Below are positions 12,745 through 25,631 of a stretch of 64,000 nucleotides of DNA, piece by piece. The DNA is from Mobula hypostoma. Lineage: Eukaryota. Positions within the stretch are counted from its first letter, which is position 1. Every line of letters starts with the position of its first letter. The notes under the pieces were generated by a model that searched no databases, had not been told where the DNA came from, and saw only the letters and a program-made list of their open reading frames with translations. A program made the translations under genes and the position numbers. The stretch covers positions 212,972,001 through 213,036,000 of the forward strand of contig NC_086097.1 of NCBI RefSeq assembly GCF_963921235.1. Direction: 5' to 3'.

Positions 12745-13055
12745 ACCATAAGATTATCAGACAGAGGAGCAGAATTAGGCCATTCGGCCCATTGAGCTCT
12801 GCCGTTCCATCACTGCAGTTTTAATATCCCTGTCAACACCATTCTCCTACCTTCTCTCATAACGTTTGATGCCCTGACCTGTCAACCTTTGCTTTAAATA
12901 TACAGTGAATTCCACCTATTCACCACACTGCGGCTGAAGAAATTCCTCCACATCTCTGTTCTAAATGGACATCCTTCTATTTTGAGGCTGTGCTCTCTGG
13001 TTCTAAACTCAAGAAACACCCTCCATACATCCACTTTACTAGGCCTTTCAATGTT
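12745..13055 (-). mobile_element. CR1 LINE 3' end
   Basis: ACCATAAGA...GGAGCAGAATTAGGCCATTCGGCCCA reverse tail, similar to 24195-25140. Confidence 0.8.
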
Positions 13056-13199
13056 CTACAAGAATTAGTTCACAGGTCACTTTCTTGGCTTCTGTTAAAT
13101 TATTCTTGGCACTCAGAAGAGACTTCACAGAAACTTATTTATTTGTATAAAATATTTTAATTAATATTTTGAATATAGGAATATTATATTTTATGGAGT

Positions 13200-14360
13200 C
13201 ACTGAGTTTTACAGTGTAGAGATAGAAGCTTCAAACAAACTCATCCAAGCCAATTATGGTGCCTTTCTGGACTACTCCCATTTGCATGCATTTGTCCTCT
13301 GAACTTCTTCTTTCCATGAACCTGTCTAAATGCCTTATAAACATTTTATTTGTGCTCACCTCTACCGCTTCTTCTGACAATTCATTCAATACTCCCAGCA
13401 ACCTCTGTGTGGAAAAACTTAACCCTCAGATCCTTTATAAATCTTCCTCCTTTCATCTTAAGCATATGCTCTCCAATTTCAGGCTCCCCTGTCCTGGGCA
13501 AAATGCTGTAAATATCTACCTTGTCTACACGCTTCTTGATTTTATAAATCTCTACAAGTTTATCCCTCAGCCTCCTTCACTCCAGGGAACAAAAGCCATA
13601 GACTCTCCAGTCTCACCTTATCCCAGCAACATCTTTGGGAATCTATTCAATGCCATTTGTAGCTTAACCACATTCTTCTTAAAAGAATATTCCAAATGCA
13701 ACCAGAATATCCCAAATGCAGTCTCACCACACAGCTGTAACATGAGGTCCAAACTCTTGTTTCAATGTCCCAACTGATGGCATAATATTTCTTCACTACA
13801 CTCTCTACCTGTGTCGCCACTTTCAGGAAACTATATGGCTGCACCCCATGCTCTTTTTGTTGTATAACACTGTATATCGTGCCCTGATTTAATTTTCCAA
13901 AATATATCACTGCATTCTTAAATCCAATCTGTCATTCATTTACCCACTTTTCCAGTTGATGTGGATCAGGGGTTCCTAATCTGGGGTCCATGGAAATCTA
14001 GCTTAATGGCATAAAAAAGGTTGGGAACCCCTGATCTCGATCCGTTTGTAATCTTTGACAACCTTCTTCATTCTTCACTTCTTTTCTCACCATAAATTTT
14101 GGTACTATCCAAAAAATTACAAATCATGATACCTACATTCTCATCCAAGTCACTGAAACGCATAACAAGTAACAAGGACTCAGTACTGATCCCCATGGTG
14201 TACCACTCACTGGTCACCAATCCTCCAATTTGATAAACAACCCTCTACAACCATATTATGACCCTCACCACCAAGCTAATCATGCATCCAATTTGCAGGC
14301 TCACTCAGGATCCCATGTGACCTCACATTCTTAACAAGAGCCTTGCTGAAGTCTATGAAG
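13200..14360 (-). mobile_element. Old CR1 LINE RT and 3' fragment
   Basis: Reverse YFGKLNQG...SFLKVATQVESVVKK; GVPWGSVL-like RT motif near 14190. Confidence 0.7.
13967..14033. mobile_element. 67-bp hAT-type MITE
   Basis: TIRs CAGGGGTTCCTAA / TTGGGAACCCCTG; flanks ATGTGGAT and ATCTCGAT (6/8 TSD match). Confidence 0.75.
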
Positions 14361-14426
14361 ACACTAAGCCCATGTTGTAATAAATATATGAGCTTTTCTT
14401 TTAGTTAGAATTATTTAGGTACCCAC

Positions 14427-14455
14427 AAATTAGCATGTTCTTCAGAATATAACAC
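14427..14455 (-). CDS. Weak candidate 29-nt micro-exon
   Basis: tatttcag|GTGTTATATTCTGAAGAACATGCTAATTT|gtgggt; open in the phase that continues the 37497 candidate; weak splice sites. Confidence 0.15.
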
Positions 14456-15999
14456 CTGAAATACATTTGCATATACATATAAAGATCGCATGCTCACCCT
14501 ATCTTTAGGGGCAAATATCTTTTAGGGCAAAGTATCAGATTCTGAAATTTAATCACACAGGGCCCAGAACACAATGCACATTTGAATGGACCTTGGCTGT
14601 GCAAGTATAAATACAGGCCTTTCCTATGATCACCTACCACAATGGAGAGTGATGGGGTGGGTGGGGAGAATCTTTAATGCCCTTGCATGTTTGTTTGCAA
14701 CCAGTTTAGCAATCTTCATGGATGGGCTCAGTTTGGTATTTGCTAAACAGTCAAAACTAGATGCAACAAAAAAAGATGAAATCCATTTCCATAGCTTTTG
14801 TAACCAGCTGTGCACCATAGAACACAACACTAAATGGATCATAAGCAATTCTAACAACATTACCTGGAAGTGTTTCTCATTTAGTTCCATTAGTTTTTGA
14901 ATGGTGCATCTTAGTTTGAAGGCTGCAGATGCAGGAATAATTCATCAGCTGCTAAATGAGCTAGAAATTCATCATCATTCTAATGTTTCTCTTCACCCAA
15001 CTATAGGGTGTATAAGGGTTGTTGAAATCTTCCAATTACTAGTGGCAGTTGAAATGTTGATTCTTTAAATTACTGAGAAGCTTCCCTCTGACAGATACAT
15101 TCCTTTCTTGTACATAGGAACAGTTTTACGAGCTTCAATCTTTTGCCTGCTATTTCGTGATTTGTGAATTCTTTTCCCTAAATCACATTGTTATTTTGCC
15201 TCATCAAAGTGCTGACTATAATGTTGTTTATCCAGGTTGTGTTTCATAAGTTCTTTTCAAGTACTTCCTAACCAGTGCAGAATTCATTTTCTAAGCAATG
15301 AGTAGGCACTGTAGGCACTGCCTCCTGACACCAGCCCATTCTCAGGAGCAGCCTATAATGTAAAGGTGGAAAGATCTCCTTGAACTGCAGCTCTTCCTTC
15401 TGCTTTCATCTGCAATGTTCATATTTGTTATACTGCTTGGAAATAAGCCACACACTTTTATAAAGTGGTAACTGTGTGAGAACCAATTCTTAAACACTGA
15501 GACCATTAAGATAATGAGAACATTGGGTACAGTGACATCGTCGTTATTTTCCTGAAAGTGGAACTTAGGGACCAGGACATACAGTTTGTGTTACAATGTC
15601 AGTTTGAGAATACAGATTAATTTCTTTTAAATGCATCAATGAAGTGCCAGTACCTATGACAATGAATCTACTAGATTCTCACTTAAAACAAAAGTGGTTC
15701 ATTAATTTCCCTTTGCAGCCTTACTTGATCTGGCTTATATTTTGATTCCAGTTGTGCACAAATATGATTGATTCTTGTGGCCATAAAATGAACAAATTGA
15801 TAAAACTGGGTGGACTACTGGACTGTGAACAAAGCATCTAATCCTTACCTGTTAGAGGTACAGTGACCTGCAAAGGTCTGCCCATTCTACTCAGGGACTG
15901 GTGCCAAAGCTGCATGAGGTATCAAACAGAATCACTCAACAACAGTTGTCATCTTTATCTGTGATCTCATAAGAGCTTTTCACACATTCACACATAGTA

Positions 16000-16635
16000 T
16001 TGACAATAAACTGGACTGGTCAAAGAACACTGAGGCTGTCTACAAGAAGGGTCAGAGCCATCTCTATTTCCTGAGGAGACTGAGGTCCTTTAACATCTGC
16101 CGGACGACGCTGAGGATATTCTACGAGTCTGTGGTGGCCAGTGCTATCATGTTTGCTGTTGTGTGCTGGGACAGCAGGCTGAGGGTAGCAGACACCAACA
16201 GAATCAACAAACTTATTCGAAAGGCCAGTGGTGTTGTGGAGATGGAATGGGACTCTCTCACGGCGGTGTCTGAAAAGAGGATGCTGTCTAAGTTGCATGC
16301 CATCTTGGTCAATGTCTCCCATCCACTACATAATGTACTGGGTGGGCACAGGAGTACATTCAGCCAGAGACTCATTCCATCGAGATGCAACACAGAGCGT
16401 CATAGGAAGTCATTCCTGCCTGTGGCCATCAAACTTTACAACTCCTCCCTTGGAGGGTCAGACACCCTGTGCCGATAGGCTGGTCCTGGACTTATTTCAT
16501 AATTTACTGGCATAATTTACATATTACTATTTAACTATTTATGGTTCTATTACTATGTATTATTTATGGTGCAACCGTAACAAAAACCAATTTCCCCCCG
16601 GGATCAATAAAGTATGACTATGACTACTATGACTA
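16000..16635 (+). mobile_element. Rex1/Babar LINE 3' fragment, fairly young
   Basis: DNKLDWSKNTEAVYKKGQSHLYFLRRLRSFNI...FYESVVASAIMFAVVCW...SFLPVAIKLYN; tail AATAAAGT(ATGACT)n. Confidence 0.9.
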
Positions 16636-16673
16636 CCTCCATCACCATGAGGGTATATTTTGTCCTAGCAGCA

Positions 16674-16675
<2 letters not shown>

Positions 16676-16714
<39 letters not shown>
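16676..16714. repeat. (CA)n microsatellite
   Basis: Perfect AC run. Confidence 0.95.
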
Positions 16715-16716
<2 letters not shown>

Positions 16717-18346
16717 AGCTGAGACATAACAATAGACAGAGGGGCAAAGGGTTTAAAAGGATTGACTTCAGAACACATTCAATAGTTAAGAGAGCCTCAT
16801 GCTGCGAATTACCTCCAGTTACTCTGAAATGAAATATTTCAGAATTAGTTCTTTGTTCTATCCTGATTAGGACTGATTCAGCTCAAGAGGTATTCACAAA
16901 CAAAGAAAGCACTATACATGCATTGAAGGATATACAGTATCTACTTTACCAGGTTATGTATAAACTACTCACAAACTGCCATAACAAAACACAGAATATG
17001 GAAGAGGAAAAGAAACAATACTTATCAACTAGCCAATGAATTGATTTTTACAATCCCAGAAGAAACCTCTGATATCCAACAGGATTTCCAGCAGTCTTCT
17101 CTGTGTCTCTTAGTGTTAGTCATGACCCAGCCGAATGGAAAGTTCTGATTTGTACAAAAAAAAGTTGCGGCTTTTTATACTCTTCAAAACCTAGCATAAT
17201 TCTTATCCCTGTACTTTTCTGTCTCCTCGTGGCGCCAGGCTGAACCTTCTTATCTCTTGTGACCCTTCCCCTAGGCACATAACTTAGAAAGAGAGACACC
17301 AGGTCTGCAGAAAGGCATCTAATCTCCAGAATGCTTCATGGTATTACCAGTTTCCGATTTGACACCTTTTTATCTTGCAACCACTATTGTGTGCTACACA
17401 AGGAGGAACCAAAATACATCTATTTGTCAACCTTAGTTGGATTTAAATCTCTCCAAGTTTTACCTAGGATGAAGGGTACAGATGGAAAGGTAAGATGACA
17501 GGAGCAAGTTTCAGCTACTTTCCTGACACACTCCCAATGAATTCTGAGCCTAGCCAATCAGATGGGGAAGATTGTCCTCCCTAACGAAAGAGGTGCGTAA
17601 ATTTACTGGCAGCATCATGTATTATTATGACATTGTGGATGTACACCAGAGTTACCACAGTCTCAGCAAAAGCCTGCACAGTTTTCTATCCACAATAGTC
17701 ACTTGAATAAAAAGGACAGTATCCTATCCAATGATGGCTCATGTGATAGACACTGGCCTTGGGCAGCACTGCAATAATTTTGCATCCTGGAATTAAGACA
17801 TCTGAATATATACAGGGAATGACAGTTGAGTTTATTAATACATTAATGATTATTTGCTTTTACGTTTGTTGTTCATCAAGTGCTCTGTTAGTTTGTTTGT
17901 CTGTTTGTGGTTTGGTAGTTCTGATAACATCTCAGCAAAACTGAGCTGTTGCTTCTGGGCCGGTATTTTTTGTGAGAAGCTGCACATTGGCAATGTGCAG
18001 AAGGGACATACTATGGACAGGAATGTGGGGCGGGCGGCGGGGGGGGGTCTAAAGGTACAAAATTGGCCTCAGTGTATCCCACGGGATGATTAGAGAACCT
18101 TTAATTGTGGTAGGTGCTTGTGAACTAGGTTAAGGAATGTCAATCTGTGTAAATATTATATTGTATATCTTTGTAAAAATATAATGTATTATATTGTTCC
18201 TCACTGTACATATTTGAGTCCTCTCACATTTTGTGACTTTGTGTGAAAGATTGGGAGCATTTAATAAAACGCTTGCACCAGTTATTGCGGTGGAACCAGT
18301 GTTTTTTCATGAGACGAGAGCCCATACAGTGCCGCTACTTCGCGGT

Positions 18347-18364
18347 TGTTGTCAGGAGTGGGAT
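18347..18364 (+). promoter_or_regulatory. Primer-binding site complementary to the tRNA-Leu 3' end
   Basis: TGTTGTCAGGAGTGGGAT matches TGGTGTCAGGAGTGGGAT (vertebrate tRNA-Leu(CAG) 3' end complement) at 17/18. Confidence 0.75.
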
Positions 18365-18954
18365 GGCCAGCAGCAAGAAAGTGCACTCTTTTTAATGCAA
18401 GAGGACTGGCCTTCAGTCACGGGGCAGTAACGTGGGGGCAAAAGAGGAAGAGAATATATCAACAGGAGTGTCGGAACAGGAACGGAGTGCGCTCGAGGCA
18501 CAAGGTGTGCGACTCAGGACCAGAGCCAGGAAAGATGGCTCTTCCTCAAAAGTCCAGCTACAGACCCAGACCTGGTTATACTATTCAAAGACTTTCTTTC
18601 TACCCAAGGGAAATGAGATGAAGCCCTGAGGGAGGAGCCTTGGGGTCTGCAGAACTCTATTCAAGCCAGTCAGTTAGAGGTAGCTGAGGAGCTGTGTGCA
18701 ATAAGGTCCTCTAGTACCTCAGAAAAGGAGAGCCTTCTGCCCACACCAGCACCCCAAAGATAATCTTTCACTCCAGCTTCCCAACCTTACTCTTCCAGCT
18801 GGGGGCTAGATTTTGACTATCCCCTAGTCCGGCTCTGGTTTCAAAGCAGTTACCTAGACCCACAACACCTCCTCACTAGCCAAGAAGACACAGCAGTGTC
18901 TACACTTTCTGAGGAGATTGAAGCATGCAAGGCTCCCCGTCCCATTCTAACAAC

Positions 18955-19515
18955 TTTCTATAGGAGCACCGTCGAGAGTGTCCCGCCTGGCTGACCAATA
19001 CAGAATCTGCAAAGTAAGACTCTACGGAGGGCAGCAAAAACAGCCAAGAGTATCACTGGGGTCTCCCCCAACCTATTTGTGTCACTTACTGGGAGCACTG
19101 CAGACAAAGGTCCCAAAGTATTGTTGAGGATCCTTAACACCCATCCCACAATCTCTTTGTCCCACCACCATCAGGAAGGAGGTACAGAAGCATCAGGACT
19201 AAGACAGCCAGACTGGGTAACAGTTTCTTACCCCAGGCTCTGAGACTAATGAATACCCTGCCGCCAATGAGGTCTCATCACTAGGGCAGTGAGCTACTTA
19301 CTGTATGGTTTACTGTTTACCTGTTCTGTAACTTACTACATACATTTTGAATTAGATTTAATTAACTTCTTTATGATATAATATTTTGCTATATGTGCTG
19401 TGTGTGATATATACTGTGTGGGTGCACTGTGGTCCAGAGATATAGGTCCAGAGGTCCAGAAACAATGTTTCATTCGGCTGTATATAGTCAGATGACAATA
19501 AACTTAAACTTGAAC
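18955..19515 (+). mobile_element. Rex1/Babar 3' fragment inserted in Gmr1 gag
   Basis: FYRSTVESV...PSGRRYRSI...GNSFLPQA; tail AATAAACTTAAACTTGAAC. Confidence 0.75.
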
Positions 19516-20869
19516 ACAACCTGTAATCACCATCTCAGAGAAAAGAACCAAAGATGCCTGTTTACCAGCAGGGGGAAGGCACTGAAAACTAGTTGCTGCA
19601 GGTTCAAGCGCATGGCAAGAACATGGAAGTGGCTACAGGAGGGGTGGGCCAGTCAACTTGTGCCTCTGCTCACAGACAAAGCACTGGAGGCTTACAGTGA
19701 GATGGATGAGGACCAGTGTAATGATTACGACACTTTGAAGGAGGCACTACTGGAGAAATCCGATGTCTCACCACAGTCGTATTGACAAAGCTTCAGAGCA
19801 ACCGCGACTCCACCAAGAGAGATGTACGCCAAGACCCACCTACAATATAACAGCTGAATACGAGCAGAATAGCGCACCAAGGAGCAGATTGCAGAGGTGA
19901 TCGTCTTGGAGCAGCTACTTCATGTCCGACACTAAGACAGCCGGACCTGGGTCAGAGAATATGGACCAGACAACAGGCTGACAGTGGCAAAACTGGGCTC
20001 TGTAGTACATCAACACCCAGCGAGGGGGCCCACAGTGACCCCGCTCCTCATCCCAGTAGAGGTACCAGAGACCACAATGGCCGACAGGATACAAGAAATA
20101 ACCCTGTTGTGGCGGGGAGTTAAAAGGGGAAGTGACAACAGTTACCAAGTAACTGATATGTTTTTACTACCGCCAGCCAGGCAATAGTAAGGAATCTTAA
20201 GTTGACAGGGTTTTGTTACGTGCCAAGGGAAGGTGATGGTCCTGGGTGGGGGATGGAGATTGATAATTTTGCTTGCATTGAAGTTACAGGAAATGGAAAA
20301 CAAGTACAGGCATTCTTAGACACACAAAGTTCCATGTCTCTGATTAAATATCTAGTACCGAGCAGCAGTAGTATTAATTACAGTGACAGCACTCATATTT
20401 AACATGTTCATAGCGACTGTAAATTTTATCCTGTGGCAGAGATTATTATGGTTGTAAAAGATCAGATGTGCTTATTGAATGCTGGGGTGATTAATTGCTT
20501 ACCTGGGAACATGATATTGGGGAGAGATCCGCCTGTGCTGAATGGTTATAAAATGCTTCAAATCATGTCCTGCCATCAATATGTCATGTCTGCTGACCAC
20601 CTGGGCCCACACGAAAGCTGGTTTGCAGCCACTTCCAGACTTGAGTAATAGTCTATGCGAGGGCGGACTAAGGGGCCTAGAAAATCACATCTTCAAGAAA
20701 ATCACATCACAACGACACTTTGAGAAGCAATTGGGTCCCCTGGTCCTGATATTGAGGTATCGGGATTAGATGTCGGTGAATGGATGGTGCCTGATAATAT
20801 TGCTGCTTTGCAGGCTGTTGATACATTTCTGAAATTGTTATTTGACAAGGTATTTGGGGAGAGGCCAAG

Positions 20870-21410
20870 TCTTATCACTGTGAGGGGCAATGGTGGTGGT
20901 CTATTGTGTCCGACAATGACAGGTAACCTGTGCAGAGAGTTTTGAAGTTCAAAAGCCAATGCACTGGGGCAGTTCCATTCTCTCAACCTCAGAAGTTCAG
21001 TTCCATGGTACAAGCAAGTGCCACAGGCTCGCATTTTCCTTGGTTACAGTGGATGATCATGATGTCTTCTACGCCTTGTCATGCCCTTCACTGTCCACAG
21101 AGTGTTACAGTACCGCCTTCCTGGCCATTGGATCGCACTGTAGATCTTATCTGCCTAGTCCGCCAGAGCTGACTTCGCTTGCTAGGACAGGTATGTCCCT
21201 ACCTCACTGGGGTGTGAGGCCGCTGGCTACCCTCACCTGTCGAAGCAGTGTACCTGGGTGCGGCTGTTGTCACATGCAAACAGCTACTTGGAGCCATGAG
21301 TGAGAGCTGAGTGTCCAGTGGGGTCCAAAGGTGAGTGAGTTGCCCCAGGTTGTACATGACAAGCCCCTTCACCAGAGGTGCTGCCCCTCCCTGGATATCC
21401 CATACACCCC
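20870..21410. mobile_element. Unrelated insertion (probably RTE or SINE-derived) in Gmr1 pol
   Basis: Interrupts the pol frame between LFDKVFGE and EYVVENDILYV; family not securely identified. Confidence 0.35.
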
Positions 21411-22739
21411 AAGGAATATGTTGTAGAGAATGATATTCTGTATGTGAAAGGAGGGGAATGATGGAACTGATAAGCATTTGGATGTTCCTACACAATATAG
21501 ACCATTAAGCTGCCCACTTGTTCAGCTGTTCTCCAGAGTTGGCATCCCAGAGGAAATCTTCATGGACCAGGTCACCAACTTCACCTCCCACCTGATGAAG
21601 CAGCTAAATTGGCAGCTGAGTATCACTGCTATAAAGACCAGCCCCTATCATCGACAGAATGATGGACTTGTTGAACGCTTTAACCAAACCCTCAAGAATA
21701 TGCTGAGAAAGTTTGCAGCAGATACTGGCAAGGACTGGGAGAAATGGCTGCCATTCTTACTATTTGACTACCAGGAGATGCTGCAAGCATCAACAGAATT
21801 TTCACCTTTTGAACTGTTGTAAGTGTGACATTTCCGAGGACCTCTGGGCCAACTGAAGAAGAGCTGGGGGGGGGGGCGGGGGGCAGCGCCAAATTTAACA
21901 TCCTCAGAGAAAGGGATTGTGCAGTATGTATTACAAATGCAAGAAGGCCTGGAACAATTCAGGGAGGAGGCCAAATAAAACCTACAGAAAGCCCAACAGA
22001 ACCAGAAGAGATGTTATGACCAGCACACCCACCAGAGACAGCACAAGCCTGGTCAGAAGGTCCTGCTGCTCCTACTGTCCAACTCCAACAAACTCGTAGC
22101 TAGGTGGCAGGAACCCTCCACCACTATCTGCAAGATGGGCCCTGTCACTTTTGAAATCCGTCATCCAGACTAGAGGGAGTACAAGCAGACATACCATGTA
22201 AGCCTCATCAAAGAATGGAAAGAGAGAGAGGTGACCACTACAGAGTGACACTGATGGCACAGAAGGTGAAGGAAGATGAAGAAGTGAGCTGTGACAGGAA
22301 CATGGCAACACCCCTGAATGTAGAGCACCTGAAGAAAGCCCAAATTCCAGAGTTGCAAGGGGAGTTCCAGGATTATCCATCTCAGTTTCAGCAGGGGCCT
22401 GGAAAACTCAGCTACTACAGCACATCAGCTATTTGGAAAAGCCCACTCTAACCCATCAGGGACCATACCAGGTGCCTGAAAGACTGTTAGAACCACTAAA
22501 GAGGGAGATTACAACTATGACGGAATATGTCAGCAAAGGAGTCTCCTATTCCTGGCCACAAACTCTACAAGGTCATTAGATGTGTGGGTGAAGCCAAATA
22601 GCTACAAGTTTTTGATTTTGGATCCCAGATTCCTGTCTTCAATTAATGTCGTGAGAAAAGGTAATGCTAATAAATGATGGGCCCCCCTGGAACAAGGTGT
22701 TTTGGGCAGTAACCTCTGTACGACTATCGCAGAGATGAA

Positions 22740-24100
22740 TTAATAAGACACAGAAACTTCAAAGCATGCGGCTAACTATAGAAGACAAACAATAACTGGC
22801 ACTTCACATCAATGATTACATCTTTATGTTCATGCATGTTTTATTTACATACATTCAAATATTTTGTACCGCTTTCCTTCTTTAAAGGAGTGTTTTATCT
22901 CTGTGTATCTATTACAGGATTAATAATCTATTGATGCTGACTGGCTTTCTCGTGTGCTTGTACCTTCCTCATTTGATTGGGTCTCTCATATTTTTGTCAA
23001 TGGTTGATCTAAAGAATGTCTGAGTTTCTGATTCAATTCATGGTGGACCCGTGCTTCCTCTTCAGCAGTTGAGTCTATATCCCTTTCGGGAAGAAATACA
23101 TCATTGCATACACTAATTCTTTGTAATGTTCAGATATGCCATTCACACCAATCATCTGGTGAGTATGGACTCTTCTGACATACTACTGTTGAACTGTACT
23201 GCAGATGGTATCACTGATTATGATACCATTTCACCAATAATGAACATTTGCATGCTACGGTTATATATCAGTCTTAGTACTCTCACCTGCTCATGTTGTT
23301 TCAAACAGCTCTTTGTTGCTTTGTTCTCTTCAGACTGTTGTGTAGTAACCTTTAACACATCAGCAGCTTGCTGTGCTGAATCATATGATGGAATATGGCA
23401 CTGAATGATACTTGAGTAGGAAATTAGCAGAAAGGGGATTCATACTTGGACCAAAAAGATCTTGAACAATTTCTCTCTTTGGAGCATCCTTGAGAATGCA
23501 TATAGATCTCACAGCTGCTCTGTTAAGGGCTGGGGGATTAATACAACTGGATATGACCTGAAGGAGCTGTTATCTGATATCACTTCTTTGGCTTTTGAAA
23601 GCAAATCTAGCTCAAGTCCTTAACTCTGCTGCTTTCTTGATCTCATATCAATCCCCTTGTCAGGCCTGCACAGGCAGGCACCTTCCAGTCTCCACCCAGC
23701 TACAGGAGTCACCTGCCACTCATTTCCAACTCATCACCTGCAGCCTATTTAAACCCAACCTTCTCCATAGTTCTTGTTCACCCATCAAACCAGCCAGCCT
23801 TAACCAGTTGCTCCTGTATCTGTTCTCTCTTATTTTTTGGCCCCTCATGGCTTTCTATTTTGCAGTTTATTATTAAAGATATTGCTCACCACTAAATCAT
23901 CGCCACTGCTCTGCATTTCCATCAAGCCTCCTCTATGTTTCCTGAGGCTTGATAAGTTCCTGATTATTGTAAAACCATTGTAACAAAAATCAACCTAGAC
24001 CATGTGTTGGCCACCTCAACATCAATAGCAGTGCTTTGGATGGATTCGTTCCGCCCTCTTCATAGGCTGACAATAGGGTAAAACAGAAAATGCAACTCAC
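22740..24100 (-). mobile_element. Highly decayed Gypsy integrase and 3' end
   Basis: Reverse remnants WPT.WSR..DF (about 24000), LLKYHSVPYS (LLxYRxTPH-like, about 23410), RRVHTHQM (about 23170). Confidence 0.5.
23658..23947 (+). mobile_element. Probable solo LTR
   Basis: Starts TGTCAGG and ends CCTGAG; TATTTAAA box and ATTAAA; interrupts the integrase remnant. Confidence 0.45.
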
Positions 24101-24194
24101 ACAGCAAGGGGTGAATAGTACCCATGGCAAGAGAAACAGTGTCAACCTTTCAATTCAAAGATTCTTTGTCCAAACAGAAAAAGTAAGACAACAA

Positions 24195-25140
24195 GTTATG
24201 GATTGATGGCTTTGTGGCAAAGATAGCAGGTGATATGAAGATAGATGGAGGGGTCGGAAGTGCTGAGGAAGGACTTAGACAAAGTGGCAGAATGGGCAAA
24301 AATGTGGCAGATGGAATACAGTAGTGGGAAATGTATGATAATGCATTTTGGTAAAATAAACAATAGTGTGGACTATAATCTAGATGGGGAGAAAATTCAA
24401 ACATCAGACGTGCAGAGAGACCTAGGAGTCCTTGTGCAAGACTCCCGGAAGGTTAATCTACAGGTGGAGTCTGCGGTAAAGAAGGCAAATGCAATGTTGG
24501 CATTTATTTCAAGGGGAATAGAAAATAAAAGCAAGGAGATAATACTGAGGCTTTGTAAGACACTAGTCAAGCTGTACTTAGAGTATTGTCAACAGTTTTG
24601 GGCCCCATATCTCAGAAAGGATGTGTTGTCATTGAAAAGTCCAGAGGAGGTTCACAAGAATGATTCCAGGAATGGAGGAGTTAACATATGAGGAGCATTT
24701 GGCAGCTTTGGGTCTGTACTCACTAGAATTTAGAAAAAGTTCCAGGGCGATCTCATTGAAGCCTACCGAATGTTGAAAGGACTAGATAAGGTGGATGTGG
24801 AGAGGATGTTTCCTATGGTGGGAGAATCCAGAACTAGAGGGCACAGCCTCAAAATTGAGAAGTGACCTTTTAGAACAGAGGTAAGGAGGATTTTTTTTAG
24901 CTAGAGGGTAGTGAATATGTGGAATGCTCTGCCACAGACTGCAGTGGAGGCCAAGTCCAAGTGTATATTTAAGGCAGAAGTTGCTAGTTTCCTGATTGGT
25001 CAGGGCATCAAAGGATATGGTGAGAAGGCAGGAGTATGGGGTTGAGTGGGATTTGGGATCAGCCATAACAGACTAGCAAAGAAGACTTGATGGGTTGAAT
25101 GGCCTAATTCTGTTTCTATCTCCTGTGGTCTTATTGTCTA
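24195..25140 (+). mobile_element. CR1 LINE 3' fragment
   Basis: ORF 24245-24691 DLDKVAEWAKMWQMEY...RDLGVLV...LEYCQQFWAPY; CR1 tail. Confidence 0.9.
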
Positions 25141-25344
25141 AGTTAGTTTTAAATTGCAGAGAGCATAGGTAAAGAATGGATGAAGAAAAGGAATAGAATG
25201 AGTTTAGCAATAAAATAAAAGCAATAGAGAACACGAAGTATATGGGGTTGAGAGGGATAATAAATCAGCATGGTGGAATGGCAGAGCAGACTCAATGGGC
25301 TGAATGGCCTGAATGGCTTGTGGTCTTATATGTAAAATCTGCAA

Positions 25345-25620
25345 AATACAAAAACATAGGAAACAGCCAGCAGGATATGCTCATAGAGAGAGAAAAACAG
25401 AGCCGATATTTTATATTAGTTCTGATTAAAACAGAGAAAGTATAAACTACCTGAAATTGTATAATCTAGTATTGACCTCAGGTGGATCTACAATGCCAAG
25501 ATGAAAAATGTGATGTTGTTCCTCTAGGTTAAGTTAACCTTATTATAGCATTGCATGAGTTTCAGACATAGGAATAGGATGGGAAAAATGCAGCAGGGAT
25601 CACAGAATCACCCCATGTCA
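25345..25620 (-). mobile_element. Degenerate Penelope-like fragment
   Basis: Similar to the Penelope-like segment around 51200 and 54900. Confidence 0.35.
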
Positions 25621-25631
25621 TTACATTCTAA

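Larger units (their letters stand above)
18024..22625 (+). mobile_element. Gmr1-like Gypsy LTR retrotransposon (SCAN-type gag; PR-IN-RT order), decayed and 3'-truncated
   Basis: Putative 5' LTR about 18024-18340 with AATAAA; PBS; gag FKRMARTWKW...WASQLVPLLT...LKEALLEK; protease AFLDTQS; integrase GIPEEIFMDQVTNF...GLVERFNQTLK; then RT start at 22440-22625. Confidence 0.85.

Noticed and set aside
15850..15960. 19-nt minus-strand exon with CAG|GTAAGG donor
   Set aside because: Poor acceptor, a stop in the continuing phase, and neighbouring sequence resembles an old LINE fragment
16830..17560. Possible reverse-strand solo LTR (TATAAAAA on the minus strand)
   Set aside because: No clear termini, TSD or second copy
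19600..19990. ZSCAN zinc-finger gene
   Set aside because: SCAN-like segment lies within gag, is followed by protease and integrase, and has no C2H2 array
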